A DNA stretch of 64,000 nt from an uncultured Gemmatimonadales bacterium (GTDB lineage Bacteria > Gemmatimonadota > Gemmatimonadetes > Longimicrobiales > Gaopeijiaceae). The stretch covers positions 96,001 through 160,000 of the forward strand of contig CAWELD010000010.1 of assembly GCA_963809895.1 (NCBI GenBank), read 5' to 3'. A program made the position numbers and the translations under genes. How positions within the stretch are numbered: the first letter of the stretch is position 1; every line of letters starts with the position of its first letter. Shown in pieces: positions 9,388 through 19,461 of this stretch. The notes under the pieces are model-generated. The model saw only the letters and a program-made list of their open reading frames with translations, had not been told where the DNA came from and did not search any database.

Positions 9388-12048
9388 CCGCCGCGTCCGG
9401 AATCCCCCGAATCCAGCGCCCTGAGCCGGTCGAAGAAATTCGTGACCACGACGATCTGGCGCGGGGCCCGGTCCGGAGGGCGCTTCACCATGAGGAAGCG
9501 CTCGCCGTCCGCGGTCACGTCGTAGTTCCGGCTCGTGCCGTCGGGCGAGCTCTCGTAGGCACCCTCGAACAGCGTCTGTGGACGGCCCAGCTCACCGGTT
9601 TCCGGGTCGACCGACACGGCCAGCATGGCCGCGCCCCAACGGAAGACCAGCTCGCGGCCGTTCCTGGTCCAGCGCGGCTCCTCGCCGCCGTTCACGGACA
9701 CCTGTCGCCGGCTGGCGGTGGGATCGGCATAGGGCGAGAGGAACAGTTGATCGCGGCCGGCCTCTTCGGATGTATACGCCAGCCAACGGCCGTTGGGAGA
9801 AAGCAGCGGCATGTTGAGGCTGAAGTCCGGCGCATAGACCGGCTGGGGCTCCCCTCCGGACAGTGGAATCTTCTCGAGCGCGTAATAGGGGGAGACATCG
9901 TGTTCGAAGAGGAGCGTGTCGCCGTCGGGCGTGAACGAGCCGGGATATTGGTCGGCACGGTCTTGAAAGAGCGACGACGACGGCCGGCTCGCGTCGGCAG
10001 GTCGGCGAAAGAGATTGAAGACCGGGCTCTCGGCGGCGTAGATGATCTCCCGTCCATCGGGCGTCCAGACCGGCGAGAAATCCGCGCCGCCTCCCGAGGT
10101 GAGCGGCAGCTTGGTCCCGCGAATCAGGTCCAGGACGTGGAGGTCGCCGGCATCGTTCGACGAGGCGATGGAGATGGCCAGCGACCGGCCGTTCGGTGAC
10201 AGCGCGGGGTCCCAGTACCGATCCGCCGGCAGATCCAGCCGCTCCTCTCGTTCCCCTGCCGGTCCACCCACACCAGGTCCGCCGGGGTGTTGAAGTCCGA
10301 AGCCCGCACGTAGACGAGGGTCCCGTTGTCGGAAACGTCGTAGGCGGCTACGCCGTCGTAGCTGGTCATGGCCACGTTCTCCACCACCGGTACCGCCTCG
10401 CCGGTCACCGTCAGGGTCTCGAGATCGAAGGGCACGGCGTAGATCACCTCGCTGCGCGCGAACAGCAGGTGGCCGGTGGAGACGTAGCGACCGTAGATGC
10501 CGCCGGTGAAGACGTCGGTGCGCTCGCCCGTCTCCACGGACACCACCGATAGCTTGGATTGCTCGACGGGGGTCCGGAACGCGGTGAAGAGGACGTGCTC
10601 TCCGTCGGGGAGCGCCTGAGGCCACCAATGGGCCAGCTCTCCGTCGGCGGGCTTGGTGAGCTGCTGGGGCTCTCCCCCGCCGGCGGGCATCCACCACACG
10701 CCGCTCACGTAGCTCCGGTTGTAGTAGACCCTGTCGTCCGGCGCCCAACTTCCACCGGCCCAGTCGGCTTCGGGGTCCATGACCTCGATGGGGCCACCGG
10801 CCACCGGCGTCTTGCGGGTGGCGCCGGCCCTGCGAAAGGCCGCCCACTGGCCGTCCGGCGAGAGGAACACGTTCGTGCCCCCCTCGGTGCCCGGGATCGG
10901 GAAGACATCGAGGTCGGTCAGGCGACGCCCCAGAATCATCGGCACGCCGTTCCAGCTGCCGGGCACCACCACCAGGCCCCCGTCTCGCGAAATGGCGAGC
11001 TGGCTCTCGGTGACAGCGGCGTTGGCCGGGAGCTGGAGGGTGGCACGGAGCGCGGTAGCGGGCGCCGCCGATCCCCCGTCGCCTCGCAGATTGAGCACCA
11101 GGGCCAGGGCCGCCAGCGCCAGCGCCGCCACGCCCCACGGGAGCCATGCGACGATGCCGGAGCGGGGCGGGGGGGAGCCCCGGCCGCGCTGCCGGCGCCC
11201 GCGGCCCTGCTCGCCTGCCCATAGCGCGGATCCTGGAGCGCCTGGGCGAACTCGGCCGCGCTGCCGAAGCGGTCCGCCGGGAGCTTCTCCAGGGCGTGCA
11301 GAAGCGCCGCCTCCACGTGCGCGGGGATGCTCCTGCGCGTCTCCGTGGGCCGCACCGGCGCCGTGGTGATGATCTTGCCCAGCACGTTCTGGGCGGTGGA
11401 GCCGGTGAAGGGGGGATCCCCGGTGAGCATCTCGTAGAGCACGCAGCCCAGCGAATACACGTCGCTGCGGGGGCCCGGATCCCGGTCCGCCGTGGCCTGC
11501 TCGGGGCTCATGTAGAACGGCGTGCCCAGGCTGAGTCCGGTCTCGGTGAGTCGCCCGCCGCCGGCCTCCTGCACGGCCAGGGCGATGCCGAAGTCCGCCA
11601 CCAGCGGCTCGCCGTCGTGCAGCAGGATGTTGGCGGGCTTGATGTCCCGGTGCACGACGCCCTGGCGGTGGGCGTAGTCCAGCCCCGAAGCGACGGCGAG
11701 GGCGATGCGCACGGCCTCGTCCACCGGGAGCTGGTGCTCGCGGTCCAGCTTCTCGCGCAGGGATTCCCCCTCGACGTAGGGCATGACGTAGAAGAGGAAG
11801 CCGTCGGCCTCGCCGGAGTCGAAGAGCGGGAGGATGTGGGGGTGTTGCAGGTTGGCCGTGACCTGGATCTCGGCCAGGAAGCGCTCGCCGCCGACGACAG
11901 CCGCCAGCTCGGGGCGGAGGACCTTGAGGGCGACCTTGCGGCGATGGCGGACGTCTTCGGCGAGGTAGACGGTGGCCATGCCACCCTCGCCCAGCTCCCC
12001 TTCGATGCGGTACGAACCTTCGAGCGCCGCGTTGAGGCGGTCGATCAC
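9381..12048 (-). CDS. Hanks-type Ser/Thr kinase with TM helix and TolB/PD40 beta-propeller, two apparent frameshifts (~11180, ~10245)
   Basis: LGEGGMATVY, VALK, HRDIKPANIL, DFG and GTPFYMSPEQ; SPDG/SPNG repeats in two downstream frames; YDVTADGERFL C-terminus. Confidence 0.9.
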
Positions 12049-12911
12049 GCGTCGGTCGCCTCGTGTTCGTGGGGCGGCACCGTCCGGCCCACGATGAGGG
12101 TGATGTTGTCGGTGCCGCCGCCTTCCAGGGCGTCGGCCATGAGCAGCTCGACGGCGTTCTTGGAGCTAGTGAGGTTCGCCAGGCGCTCCTTGATCTGCTC
12201 GTCGGAGACGTGCTTGGTCAGCCCGTCGCTGCACAGGAGCACCACCGTGCCCCAGTCGCGCACCAGGCGGGTGACCACCGGTGCCGCTTCACCGCCGCCC
12301 ACGGCGCTGGAGAGCACGTTGGCCCACTTGCTCTTTTCGGCCATGGTCTGCGTGAGCGCACCGCTGTCCACCAGCTCCTGTGCCAGCGTCTGGTCGCGGC
12401 TGATCTGTCTGAGCTCGCCCTTGTAGTAGACGTAGCAGCGGGAGTCTCCCACCTGCAGGAGGTAGGCGTGGGGCCAGAGTCCCAGGAAGAGGGTGAGGGT
12501 GGTGGCGAAGCGGCGGCCGCCCTGGTCCTGTTCGGCGGCCTCGAGCAGCTCCTCGTGCACGGCCAGCGTGGCCTCGAGCAGGAGCCGCGAGAAGACGTCC
12601 GGGTCCTTCGACTCCTTGAGCTCGGCCTCGTGGTAGAAGCGGGATACCGAGGCCACGAGGCCGCGCACCGCGCGCCGTGCGGCCAACTCGCCGCCACCGG
12701 ACCCGCCAACCCCGTCGGCCACCACGGCCAGAGTCGCCATGCGTCGGAGTTGGGCTTTGCCCTCGCCATCGGGCTCGATGCTGGTACGCTCGACGGTGAC
12801 GCCCCGAGCCAACGCCCCCAGGAAATAGTGGTCCTGGTTGTCGGTGCGGACCTTCCCCACGTGGGTGTCGCCCCAGGCGTCGATGTCCGCGAAATCCGGC
12901 CGCTCGGTCAT
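12045..12911 (-). CDS. PP2C (PPM) family protein phosphatase
   Basis: THVGKVRTDNQD, VADGVGG, QVGDSRCY, LLCSDGL and GGTDNIT; stop overlaps the kinase start. Confidence 0.93.
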   Translation of the reverse strand: MTERPDFADIDAWGDTHVGKVRTDNQDHYFLGALARGVTVERTSIEPDGEGKAQLRRMATLAVVADGVGGSGGGELAARRAVRGLVASVSRFYHEAELKESKDPDVFSRLLLEATLAVHEELLEAAEQDQGGRRFATTLTLFLGLWPHAYLLQVGDSRCYVYYKGELRQISRDQTLAQELVDSGALTQTMAEKSKWANVLSSAVGGGEAAPVVTRLVRDWGTVVLLCSDGLTKHVSDEQIKERLANLTSSKNAVELLMADALEGGGTDNITLIVGRTVPPHEHEATDA

Positions 12912-13091
12912 GGTGTCCTCCCGTCCCCGTCGGTCCCGAGATCGTCAACCCTGCTCCGGTGGCTCGGAGGTGCGGCCGTCAGGGAGGGCGTGGTAGGCAT
13001 GGCGCCATAATGCGCACGGTGGGGTGCGCGGGGCCAGTTCGCCGTCGATTCTCCGGTGGCCGCGCGCGGGCCAGGGGTCGAGATTGGTCCC

Positions 13092-14147
13092 ATGAACACA
13101 CACGCCCTGCCCGATCGAGCCGAGATGCTCGAGGCATTCCTCGAGCGCGACCCCTCCTACGACGGCGTCTTCGTCACCGGCGTCCGCACCACGGGAATCT
13201 TCTGCAGGCCCACCTGTGCTGCCCGCAAGCCGAAGCCCGACAACGTGGCCTTTTTCGCCACGCCCCGGGAAGCCCTGCTGGAGGGCTACCGCCCCTGTCT
13301 CCGGTGTCGGCCGATGCGCAACTCCGGCGAGGCACCCCCCTGGCTGGAAGGGTTGTTGGCGCGGATCGAGGACGATCCCTCACGCCGCTGGACCGACGAC
13401 GACCTGCGGGCGTTGGAGCTCAGTCCGTCACGTGTGCGGCGCTGGTTCAAGCGCCACCACGGCATGACGTTCCACGCCTACAGCCGCGCCCGGCGCCTGG
13501 GGTCCGCCCTCGGACGCCTGAAGGACGGGGAGGCGGTGACGCGCACCGCCTTCGACAGCGGCTTCGATTCGCTGAGCGCCTTCAACGAGGCGTTTCGACG
13601 GGTCCTGGGCAGCACGCCCTCCGATGCCCGCCAGCGCACGGTGGTGACGGTGGCGCGCATCGCCACCCCGCTGGGTCCCATGCTGGCGGGGGCCACGGAC
13701 GAGGCCCTGGTCCTCCTGGAATTCGTGGACCGGCGCATGCTGGAGACCCAGCTCATGAGGCTCCGCGATCGCCTGGGGTGCCTCTTCGTGCCCGGCGGCA
13801 GTCCCTTGCTCGCCGCTGTGGAGGAAGAGCTCGCGGCCTACTTCGGAGGTGCCCTCCGACGCTTCAGCGTGCCACTCCTGACGCCGGGGACCGACTTCCA
13901 ACAGGAGGTCTGGAACGCGCTGCGCAAGATCCCGTACGGCGCCACGGTGAGCTACGGCGAGCTCGCCGAGCGGCTCGGGCGGCAGGGATCCCAGCGTGCG
14001 GTGGCCAGGGCCAACGGGGACAATCGCATCGCCATCGTGATCCCCTGTCACCGGGTGATCGGCGCCGACGGCTCGCTGACCGGCTACGGCGGTGGGGTCT
14101 GGCGAAAGCGACGCATGCTGGAGCTGGAAGCGGCGGCCGGCGTCTGA
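13092..14147 (+). CDS. ada: Bifunctional Ada regulator / O6-methylguanine-DNA methyltransferase
   Basis: Zn motif TTGIFCRPTC...YRPCLRC, AraC-type HTH and active-site PCHRV. Confidence 0.93.
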   Translation: MNTHALPDRAEMLEAFLERDPSYDGVFVTGVRTTGIFCRPTCAARKPKPDNVAFFATPREALLEGYRPCLRCRPMRNSGEAPPWLEGLLARIEDDPSRRWTDDDLRALELSPSRVRRWFKRHHGMTFHAYSRARRLGSALGRLKDGEAVTRTAFDSGFDSLSAFNEAFRRVLGSTPSDARQRTVVTVARIATPLGPMLAGATDEALVLLEFVDRRMLETQLMRLRDRLGCLFVPGGSPLLAAVEEELAAYFGGALRRFSVPLLTPGTDFQQEVWNALRKIPYGATVSYGELAERLGRQGSQRAVARANGDNRIAIVIPCHRVIGADGSLTGYGGGVWRKRRMLELEAAAGV

Positions 14148-14187
14148 TTCTGCGCGCGACTGCGGGTCGGCCCACGAGCACGCCTCC

Positions 14188-15660
14188 TCACCCGGACGGC
14201 GGCGCGTCCACCCCGGAGATGCGGAAGGCCCACGCGTAGTCGCAGGGCGGGGGGGTGCCCGCGGGCACCCGGATCCTCATGCCGTCGTCGGTCGCCTCGA
14301 AGGTGAGGGACGCGTCGGAGCCCAGCAGGGTGACCCCAGTGGCCTCGGTGGGATGCACGCCTGGCACCTCCACGGTGGGTGGCAGCCGAGCCTCGCTTTC
14401 ATCGGCCAGATAGATGGCGTAGCGAGACCCATCGGCACCCAGGGTGAGGCGCACCCGGTCCGAGCCGTACGGGGCCACCGCCCGCGTCCCGTAGATGGCC
14501 TCGCCATTGACCCGCATCCACGCGCCGAGCTTCTCCAGACGGTCGTAGGCCGCGGCGTGCCAGGTGCCGTCGGGGCCCGGTCCGATGTTCAGGAGCAGGT
14601 TGCCGCCCTTGGAGACCACGTCCACCAGCATGTGCACCAGCTCACGAGCCGGCTTATACGGATCGTCGGGCACGTACGACCAGCTCGTGGCCATGGGCAT
14701 GGGAACCTCCCACGGATCCGGAATGGCCTCGTCGGGCACCCGGGCCTCCGGGGTCAGGTAGTCCTGATAGGGCCCCGGCACCGCCCGGTCCACCACGATG
14801 AGGCCGGGCTGGAGCGACCGCGCCTCGCGCACGAGCCCCGGCATGTCGATGTCCAGGCTCTGGACGCGCTGCTTGGGCCAGCCCGGGCGGCTCCGGATGG
14901 CGCGGAGCTGCTCGTCGGTGCGCGTCCGTACCCAGCCGCCGTCCAACCACAGGATGTCCACCTGCCCGTAGTTGGACATGAGCTCCCGCACCTGGGCGTG
15001 GGTGAAGTCCACGAAGCGGGCCCAGCGCTCCGGATATTTCGTCACGTCGTAGTTGGGATAGCGATCCGGCGTGGCGAAATAGGGCCACCAGTAGTCGGGG
15101 CTGTGCCAGTCGGGTTTGGAGAAGTAGGCGCCCACCATGAAGCCGCGCGCGCGAAAGGCGTCGAAGATCCCCCGGGTGACGTCGGCGCGGGGATCGGCGC
15201 TGAACGGCGTCATGGGCGAGGTGATGGCGTAGTCGGTCTGCTCCGTGTCGAACATGGAGAAGCCGTCGTGGTGCTTGGTGGTGAAGACCACGTAGCGCAT
15301 GCCGGCGTTCCATGCCGCCCGGGCCCAACGCTCCGGGTCGAACCGCACCGGGTCGAAGGTGCTCTGGAGCGCCTCGTAGGCCTTCTTGTATTCGCCGTAC
15401 TCGCTGTCCGGAGGCCGCCGGCACCAGTCCTCGTCTTCCGAGCACAGCGACCACGACTCCACGATGCCCCACTGCGAATACGTGCCCCAGTGCATGAGCA
15501 GCCCGAGCTTGAGGTCCTGCCAGTGCTCGAGCCTCTGGACGACCAGCGAGTCGGTTTCCGGCACGTAGCCCCAGGCGTCCTGGGCGGCCGCGGGCGCACC
15601 TGGCAGTGCGACGAGACCGAGGCCTGCGAGAAGCACACCGGCGGTGGCGGCGAGACGCAT
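14188..15660 (-). CDS. Alpha-L-fucosidase (GH29), secreted
   Basis: KLGLLMHWG, TTKHHDGF, ILWLDGG and SKGGNLLLNIGP; signal peptide from ATG 15660. Confidence 0.93.
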   Translation of the reverse strand: MRLAATAGVLLAGLGLVALPGAPAAAQDAWGYVPETDSLVVQRLEHWQDLKLGLLMHWGTYSQWGIVESWSLCSEDEDWCRRPPDSEYGEYKKAYEALQSTFDPVRFDPERWARAAWNAGMRYVVFTTKHHDGFSMFDTEQTDYAITSPMTPFSADPRADVTRGIFDAFRARGFMVGAYFSKPDWHSPDYWWPYFATPDRYPNYDVTKYPERWARFVDFTHAQVRELMSNYGQVDILWLDGGWVRTRTDEQLRAIRSRPGWPKQRVQSLDIDMPGLVREARSLQPGLIVVDRAVPGPYQDYLTPEARVPDEAIPDPWEVPMPMATSWSYVPDDPYKPARELVHMLVDVVSKGGNLLLNIGPGPDGTWHAAAYDRLEKLGAWMRVNGEAIYGTRAVAPYGSDRVRLTLGADGSRYAIYLADESEARLPPTVEVPGVHPTEATGVTLLGSDASLTFEATDDGMRIRVPAGTPPPCDYAWAFRISGVDAPPSG

Positions 15661-15845
15661 CGTCTCCCTCTCTCCCTGGGTGGTGGGGGCCCGCTCGGCG
15701 AGGCGGGAGTCCGTGGAAGTGTAGGGCGCCGCAGCCCGGTGGCCCACCCCCACGGCATGCATCGTGCTGCTCGATTCCAGGCCCGCCGCGGACGCTATGC
15801 GCGCATCGCTGTTCCTCGTCGGACGGCGTGGAAGGAGCGACCAAC

Positions 15846-16331
15846 ATGCAGGTACGGAGAGCGGCGCCCTGGGGTCTCGCCATCCTCAGGATCGTCACCG
15901 GATTCATCTTCCTGACCCACGGCATCCCCAAGCTCTTCGGAGGGATCTCCGGCACGGCCGGGTTCCTGGGCGACCTGGGCTTGCCGGTGCCCGGGCTCGC
16001 GGCCTGGACGCTTTCCGTTCTGGAGGTGGGAGGGGGGTTGCTGCTCATCGCCGGCGTGCTGGTCACGCCCGTCGCGGCCCTTTTCGTCGTGGAGATGATG
16101 CTCGGCATCGTCCTGGTGCACGCCGCGAACGGATGGTTCGTGGTCGGTGCCGGCCAGGGCGGCGCCGAGTTCAACGCCCTCCTGATCGCTGCAAGCCTGG
16201 CCTTGATGCTCGGAGGGCCCGGGGCGTTCGCCGCGGGCACCGGCCGCCCCGCGCTGGGGCGGTGGCCATCATCCGATCCCGGTCAGCCGCGGGCGCCCGC
16301 GCGAGCGAAGGATCTCATGAACGTGAGCTGA
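15846..16331 (+). CDS. DoxX family membrane protein
   Basis: LRIVTGFIFLTHGIPKL, EVGGGLLL, VH...G and GAEF...GPG. Confidence 0.88.
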   Translation: MQVRRAAPWGLAILRIVTGFIFLTHGIPKLFGGISGTAGFLGDLGLPVPGLAAWTLSVLEVGGGLLLIAGVLVTPVAALFVVEMMLGIVLVHAANGWFVVGAGQGGAEFNALLIAASLALMLGGPGAFAAGTGRPALGRWPSSDPGQPRAPARAKDLMNVS

Positions 16332-16368
16332 CCGGGTGCCGCGCCGACCTGGTGCTGGCTCGTCCCCC

Positions 16369-16430
16369 CCACGCGGTCCCTGTCCCCGGAGTCGTCTCGG
16401 CGTGTCCCTCGCAGGGGACAGGCCGCGTGG
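16369..16430. repeat. GC-rich intergenic hairpin (REP-like or terminator-like)
   Basis: CCACGCGGtcCCTGTCCCC pairs with GGGGACAGGCCGCGTGG with a 2-nt bulge; no U-tract. Confidence 0.5.
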
Positions 16431-16536
16431 CGACTGCCCGGAATCCCCCGAACCACGGGGACATCTCTCGTGGCATGGCAAATGCGCAGGGAGTGCCGCG
16501 TTGGTCCATCTGGCCTTCCCGCGGAGAGGTTCACGC

Positions 16537-17406
16537 ATGCGACGGATCAGCCTTCTCGCCTTTCTTCTGGCGGCGCAGCTTCCTGGGGCGTCCCTGCACG
16601 CCCAGGCCATCAAGGGCCACCTCATCGATGACGACCAGCTCATGCCGGTGGGCGGCGCCACAATCACGGTGCTGGTGGGCGAGGAGCGTGGCCAGCAGGT
16701 CATGACGAGGGACGACGGCTCGTTCTTCATCCCATTGGAACGATGGGGCACGTATCGGCTCGAGGCCCAGCGCATCGGCTATGGCACCACGACCTCACAG
16801 CCCTTCCTGGTCGAACGCGCCGACACCGTGACGGTGGACTTCCGCGTGCTGCCCGACGCCGTTCTGTTGGCCCCGCTCGTGGTCACGACGCACACCAACC
16901 AGGGGCGGAACGTCTTCTACCGCCGCATGGAGAACTGGGACCAGGGAATCTTCGTCACACCGGAGATGGTGGACTCGATCCAGCCCCGGCATCCGGCCGA
17001 CGTGCTCCGGCACCAGCCCAAGGTGTGGCTGTCCTGGGGATGGGCCCGGAACCCGGAAACGGGCTCCGCGGGACCGGTTCCCAAGATCCACACCTTCATG
17101 GGCTCCGGATGCCTCGGCTACCTGATCGATGGGCGGCCGATCCACCGATTCAAGTTCTCCCGGACCCCGTTCTGGCTCGACTGGCCCATGTCCATGTTGG
17201 AAGGAAAGGACATCGTGGCGGTGGAGATCTACCGGCACATCAGCGAGGTGCCGCCGGAGATCCGAAACGCGGCGGACGAGATCTACAACGGCCAGAGCCC
17301 GCCGGGGGTGCCCGAGGTGACGGGCACGGTGGCGGACCGGGTGCAGCAGGACTTCGTCGAGGGCACCTGCGGGCTGGTGAACTTCTGGACCCGGGTGGGA
17401 TGGTGA
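16537..17406 (+). CDS. Secreted carboxypeptidase-regulatory-like + plug-like protein (tandem copy 1)
   Basis: Signal peptide; AQRIGY; C-terminal IDG...DIVAVEIYR...VPPE...CGLVNFWT. Confidence 0.8.
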   Translation: MRRISLLAFLLAAQLPGASLHAQAIKGHLIDDDQLMPVGGATITVLVGEERGQQVMTRDDGSFFIPLERWGTYRLEAQRIGYGTTTSQPFLVERADTVTVDFRVLPDAVLLAPLVVTTHTNQGRNVFYRRMENWDQGIFVTPEMVDSIQPRHPADVLRHQPKVWLSWGWARNPETGSAGPVPKIHTFMGSGCLGYLIDGRPIHRFKFSRTPFWLDWPMSMLEGKDIVAVEIYRHISEVPPEIRNAADEIYNGQSPPGVPEVTGTVADRVQQDFVEGTCGLVNFWTRVGW

Positions 17407-18288
17407 GGGTGGGAAGTCGCGTGCGTGTGCGGGAAGCGCTGCTGGCGCTGCTCGCGGGCGCGGTGTTCACGGCGTCGGCGTCCGCTCAGGCGATCCGCGG
17501 CCACCTCATGGACGACGAGCAGCTCACGCCCGTGGGTGGCGCCACCATCACCTTGCTCTCGGGGGATTCCCGGGGCACGCAGGTGCTGACCCAGGACGAC
17601 GGCTCGTTCTTCATCGCCCTGGAGGCGTGGGGCACCTTCCGCCTGGAGGCCACCCGTATCGGCTACGGCACCACGACCTCGCAGCCTTTCCAGGTCGAGC
17701 CCCGGGACACGGTCACCGTGGACTTCCGCGTCCTGCCCGACGCCGTCCTGCTCAGGCCCATCACGGTGACTGCCCGCACGAATCAGGGCCGGAGCGCCTT
17801 CTACCGGCGCATGGACGACTGGGGCGAGGGGCTCTTCATCACCCCCGACATGGTCGATTCCATTCAGCCCCGGCATCCCATGGACGTGCTGAGGCATCAG
17901 CCGAAGATCTGGTTGTCGTGGGATTGGGTGTCGGACCAGTCGAGCGGGGTGGCGGGACTGGTGCCGAACGTGCACAGCCTGCAGGGCGAGGGGTGCCTCA
18001 CCTACATGATCGACGGGCATGTGCTGCGGCGTCCGAAATGGGCCCGGTTGCCCGTGTGGCTGGACTATCCCCTCAACACGCTGCAGCCCGACGACATCGA
18101 GGCCGTGGAGGTCTACCGGAATCTCGACGAGGTGCCGCCCGAGCTCCGCCACGGTGCGGACGAGCTCTACGACGGCAATCCGCCCGAAGGGCATCGCCAC
18201 CTTCTCGGGCTCGGCCGAGCCGGTGCAGGTCGACTTCATCCCCAAGGCCTGCGGCATCGTCAACTTCTGGACGAAAGCCGGCTGGTGA
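17403..18288 (+). CDS. Secreted carboxypeptidase-regulatory-like + plug-like protein (tandem copy 2), apparent frameshift near 18190
   Basis: Colinear, highly similar paralog of copy 1; its CGIVNFWTKAGW ending lies in ORF 18019..18288. Confidence 0.8.
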
Positions 18289-18375
18289 TTCGCCAACGGA
18301 CCTGATCCCGTCGTATAGTCGTCCCCGGAACGAAGGCGCGTGGCCGCGCCACGGATCGAGACGGAGACGACTGCA

Positions 18376-19455
18376 ATGAGCGACGAGCGCACCGGTGTGG
18401 ATCGCAGGGATTTCCTTCGGCTGGGAACCGCCGCCGGCGTCGGCGCGGCCTTCATGGGACGGGGCGCCCGGGTGCTGCGGGCGGCCACGCCCCGGCGGGC
18501 CGGCACCCCCATGATCATCACCAGCCACACCAACGACACCGGCAAGGAAGCCATGCGGCAGTCGTGGGAGATCCTGGCCCGGGGCGGCTCGGCCATGGAC
18601 GCGGTGGAGAAGGCCGCCAACGTCATCGAGGTGGACCCGGAAGACACCAGCGTGGGGTACGGCGGACTTCCCAACGCCGAGGGCGTGGTTCAGCTCGATG
18701 CGTCGTGCATGGACGGGCGCACCTACAACGCCGGCTCGGTGGGTGCCATCGAGAACATCAAGACGCCCTCGTCCGTGGCCCGGCTGGTCATGGAGCGCAC
18801 CGATCACATCATGCTGGTCGGCGCCGGGGCGCTGGCCTTCGCCAAGTCGTTCGGCTTCAAGGAAGAGAACCTCCTCACGGAGAAGGCCCGCCAGATCTGG
18901 GTCCGCTGGCGTGAGGGGCTGTCGGAGTCCGACGACTGGGGTCCGCCGGACCACCTGCGGGGCCTGCCCGCCGGGGGCGGCATGCAGGACGGGCCGGTGG
19001 AGTACCAGCACGGCACCACCAACTGCCTGGCCGTGGACGGCAACGGCGACATCGCGGGCATCACCACGACCTCGGGGATGTCCTGGAAGGTGCCCGGACG
19101 GGTGGGCGACTCGCCCATCATCGGCGCCGGCCTCTATGTCCTGAACGGGGTGGGCGCGGCAGGCGCCACCGGCCGCGGCGAGGACGTCATCAAGTCGTGC
19201 GCGTCCTACTACATCGTCATGCGCATGCGCGACGGCCGCAGCCCCCAGGAGGCGTGCGAGGATGCCATCCAGCTCATCATCGACAACTACCGCGGCGTGA
19301 ATCCCGACTTCATACCCGGCGAGAAGTTCGTGGCCATCAACGCCGCCGGCGAGGTGGGGTGCGCATCCATGGGCCTGCGCGGTAATCCGGCTCTTTCGTG
19401 GCGCTCGGGCGACGGGCTCACGCAGTTCGAGGGGAGGGGGCTGTACGGGAGCTGA
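18376..19455 (+). CDS. Type 2 asparaginase / glycosylasparaginase-like Ntn hydrolase with Tat signal
   Basis: DRRDFL signal; SVGYGGLPN, LDASCMDG, HGT nucleophile, GRVGDSPIIGAG and ATGRGE. Confidence 0.9.
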   Translation: MSDERTGVDRRDFLRLGTAAGVGAAFMGRGARVLRAATPRRAGTPMIITSHTNDTGKEAMRQSWEILARGGSAMDAVEKAANVIEVDPEDTSVGYGGLPNAEGVVQLDASCMDGRTYNAGSVGAIENIKTPSSVARLVMERTDHIMLVGAGALAFAKSFGFKEENLLTEKARQIWVRWREGLSESDDWGPPDHLRGLPAGGGMQDGPVEYQHGTTNCLAVDGNGDIAGITTTSGMSWKVPGRVGDSPIIGAGLYVLNGVGAAGATGRGEDVIKSCASYYIVMRMRDGRSPQEACEDAIQLIIDNYRGVNPDFIPGEKFVAINAAGEVGCASMGLRGNPALSWRSGDGLTQFEGRGLYGS

Positions 19456-19461
19456 GACAGC

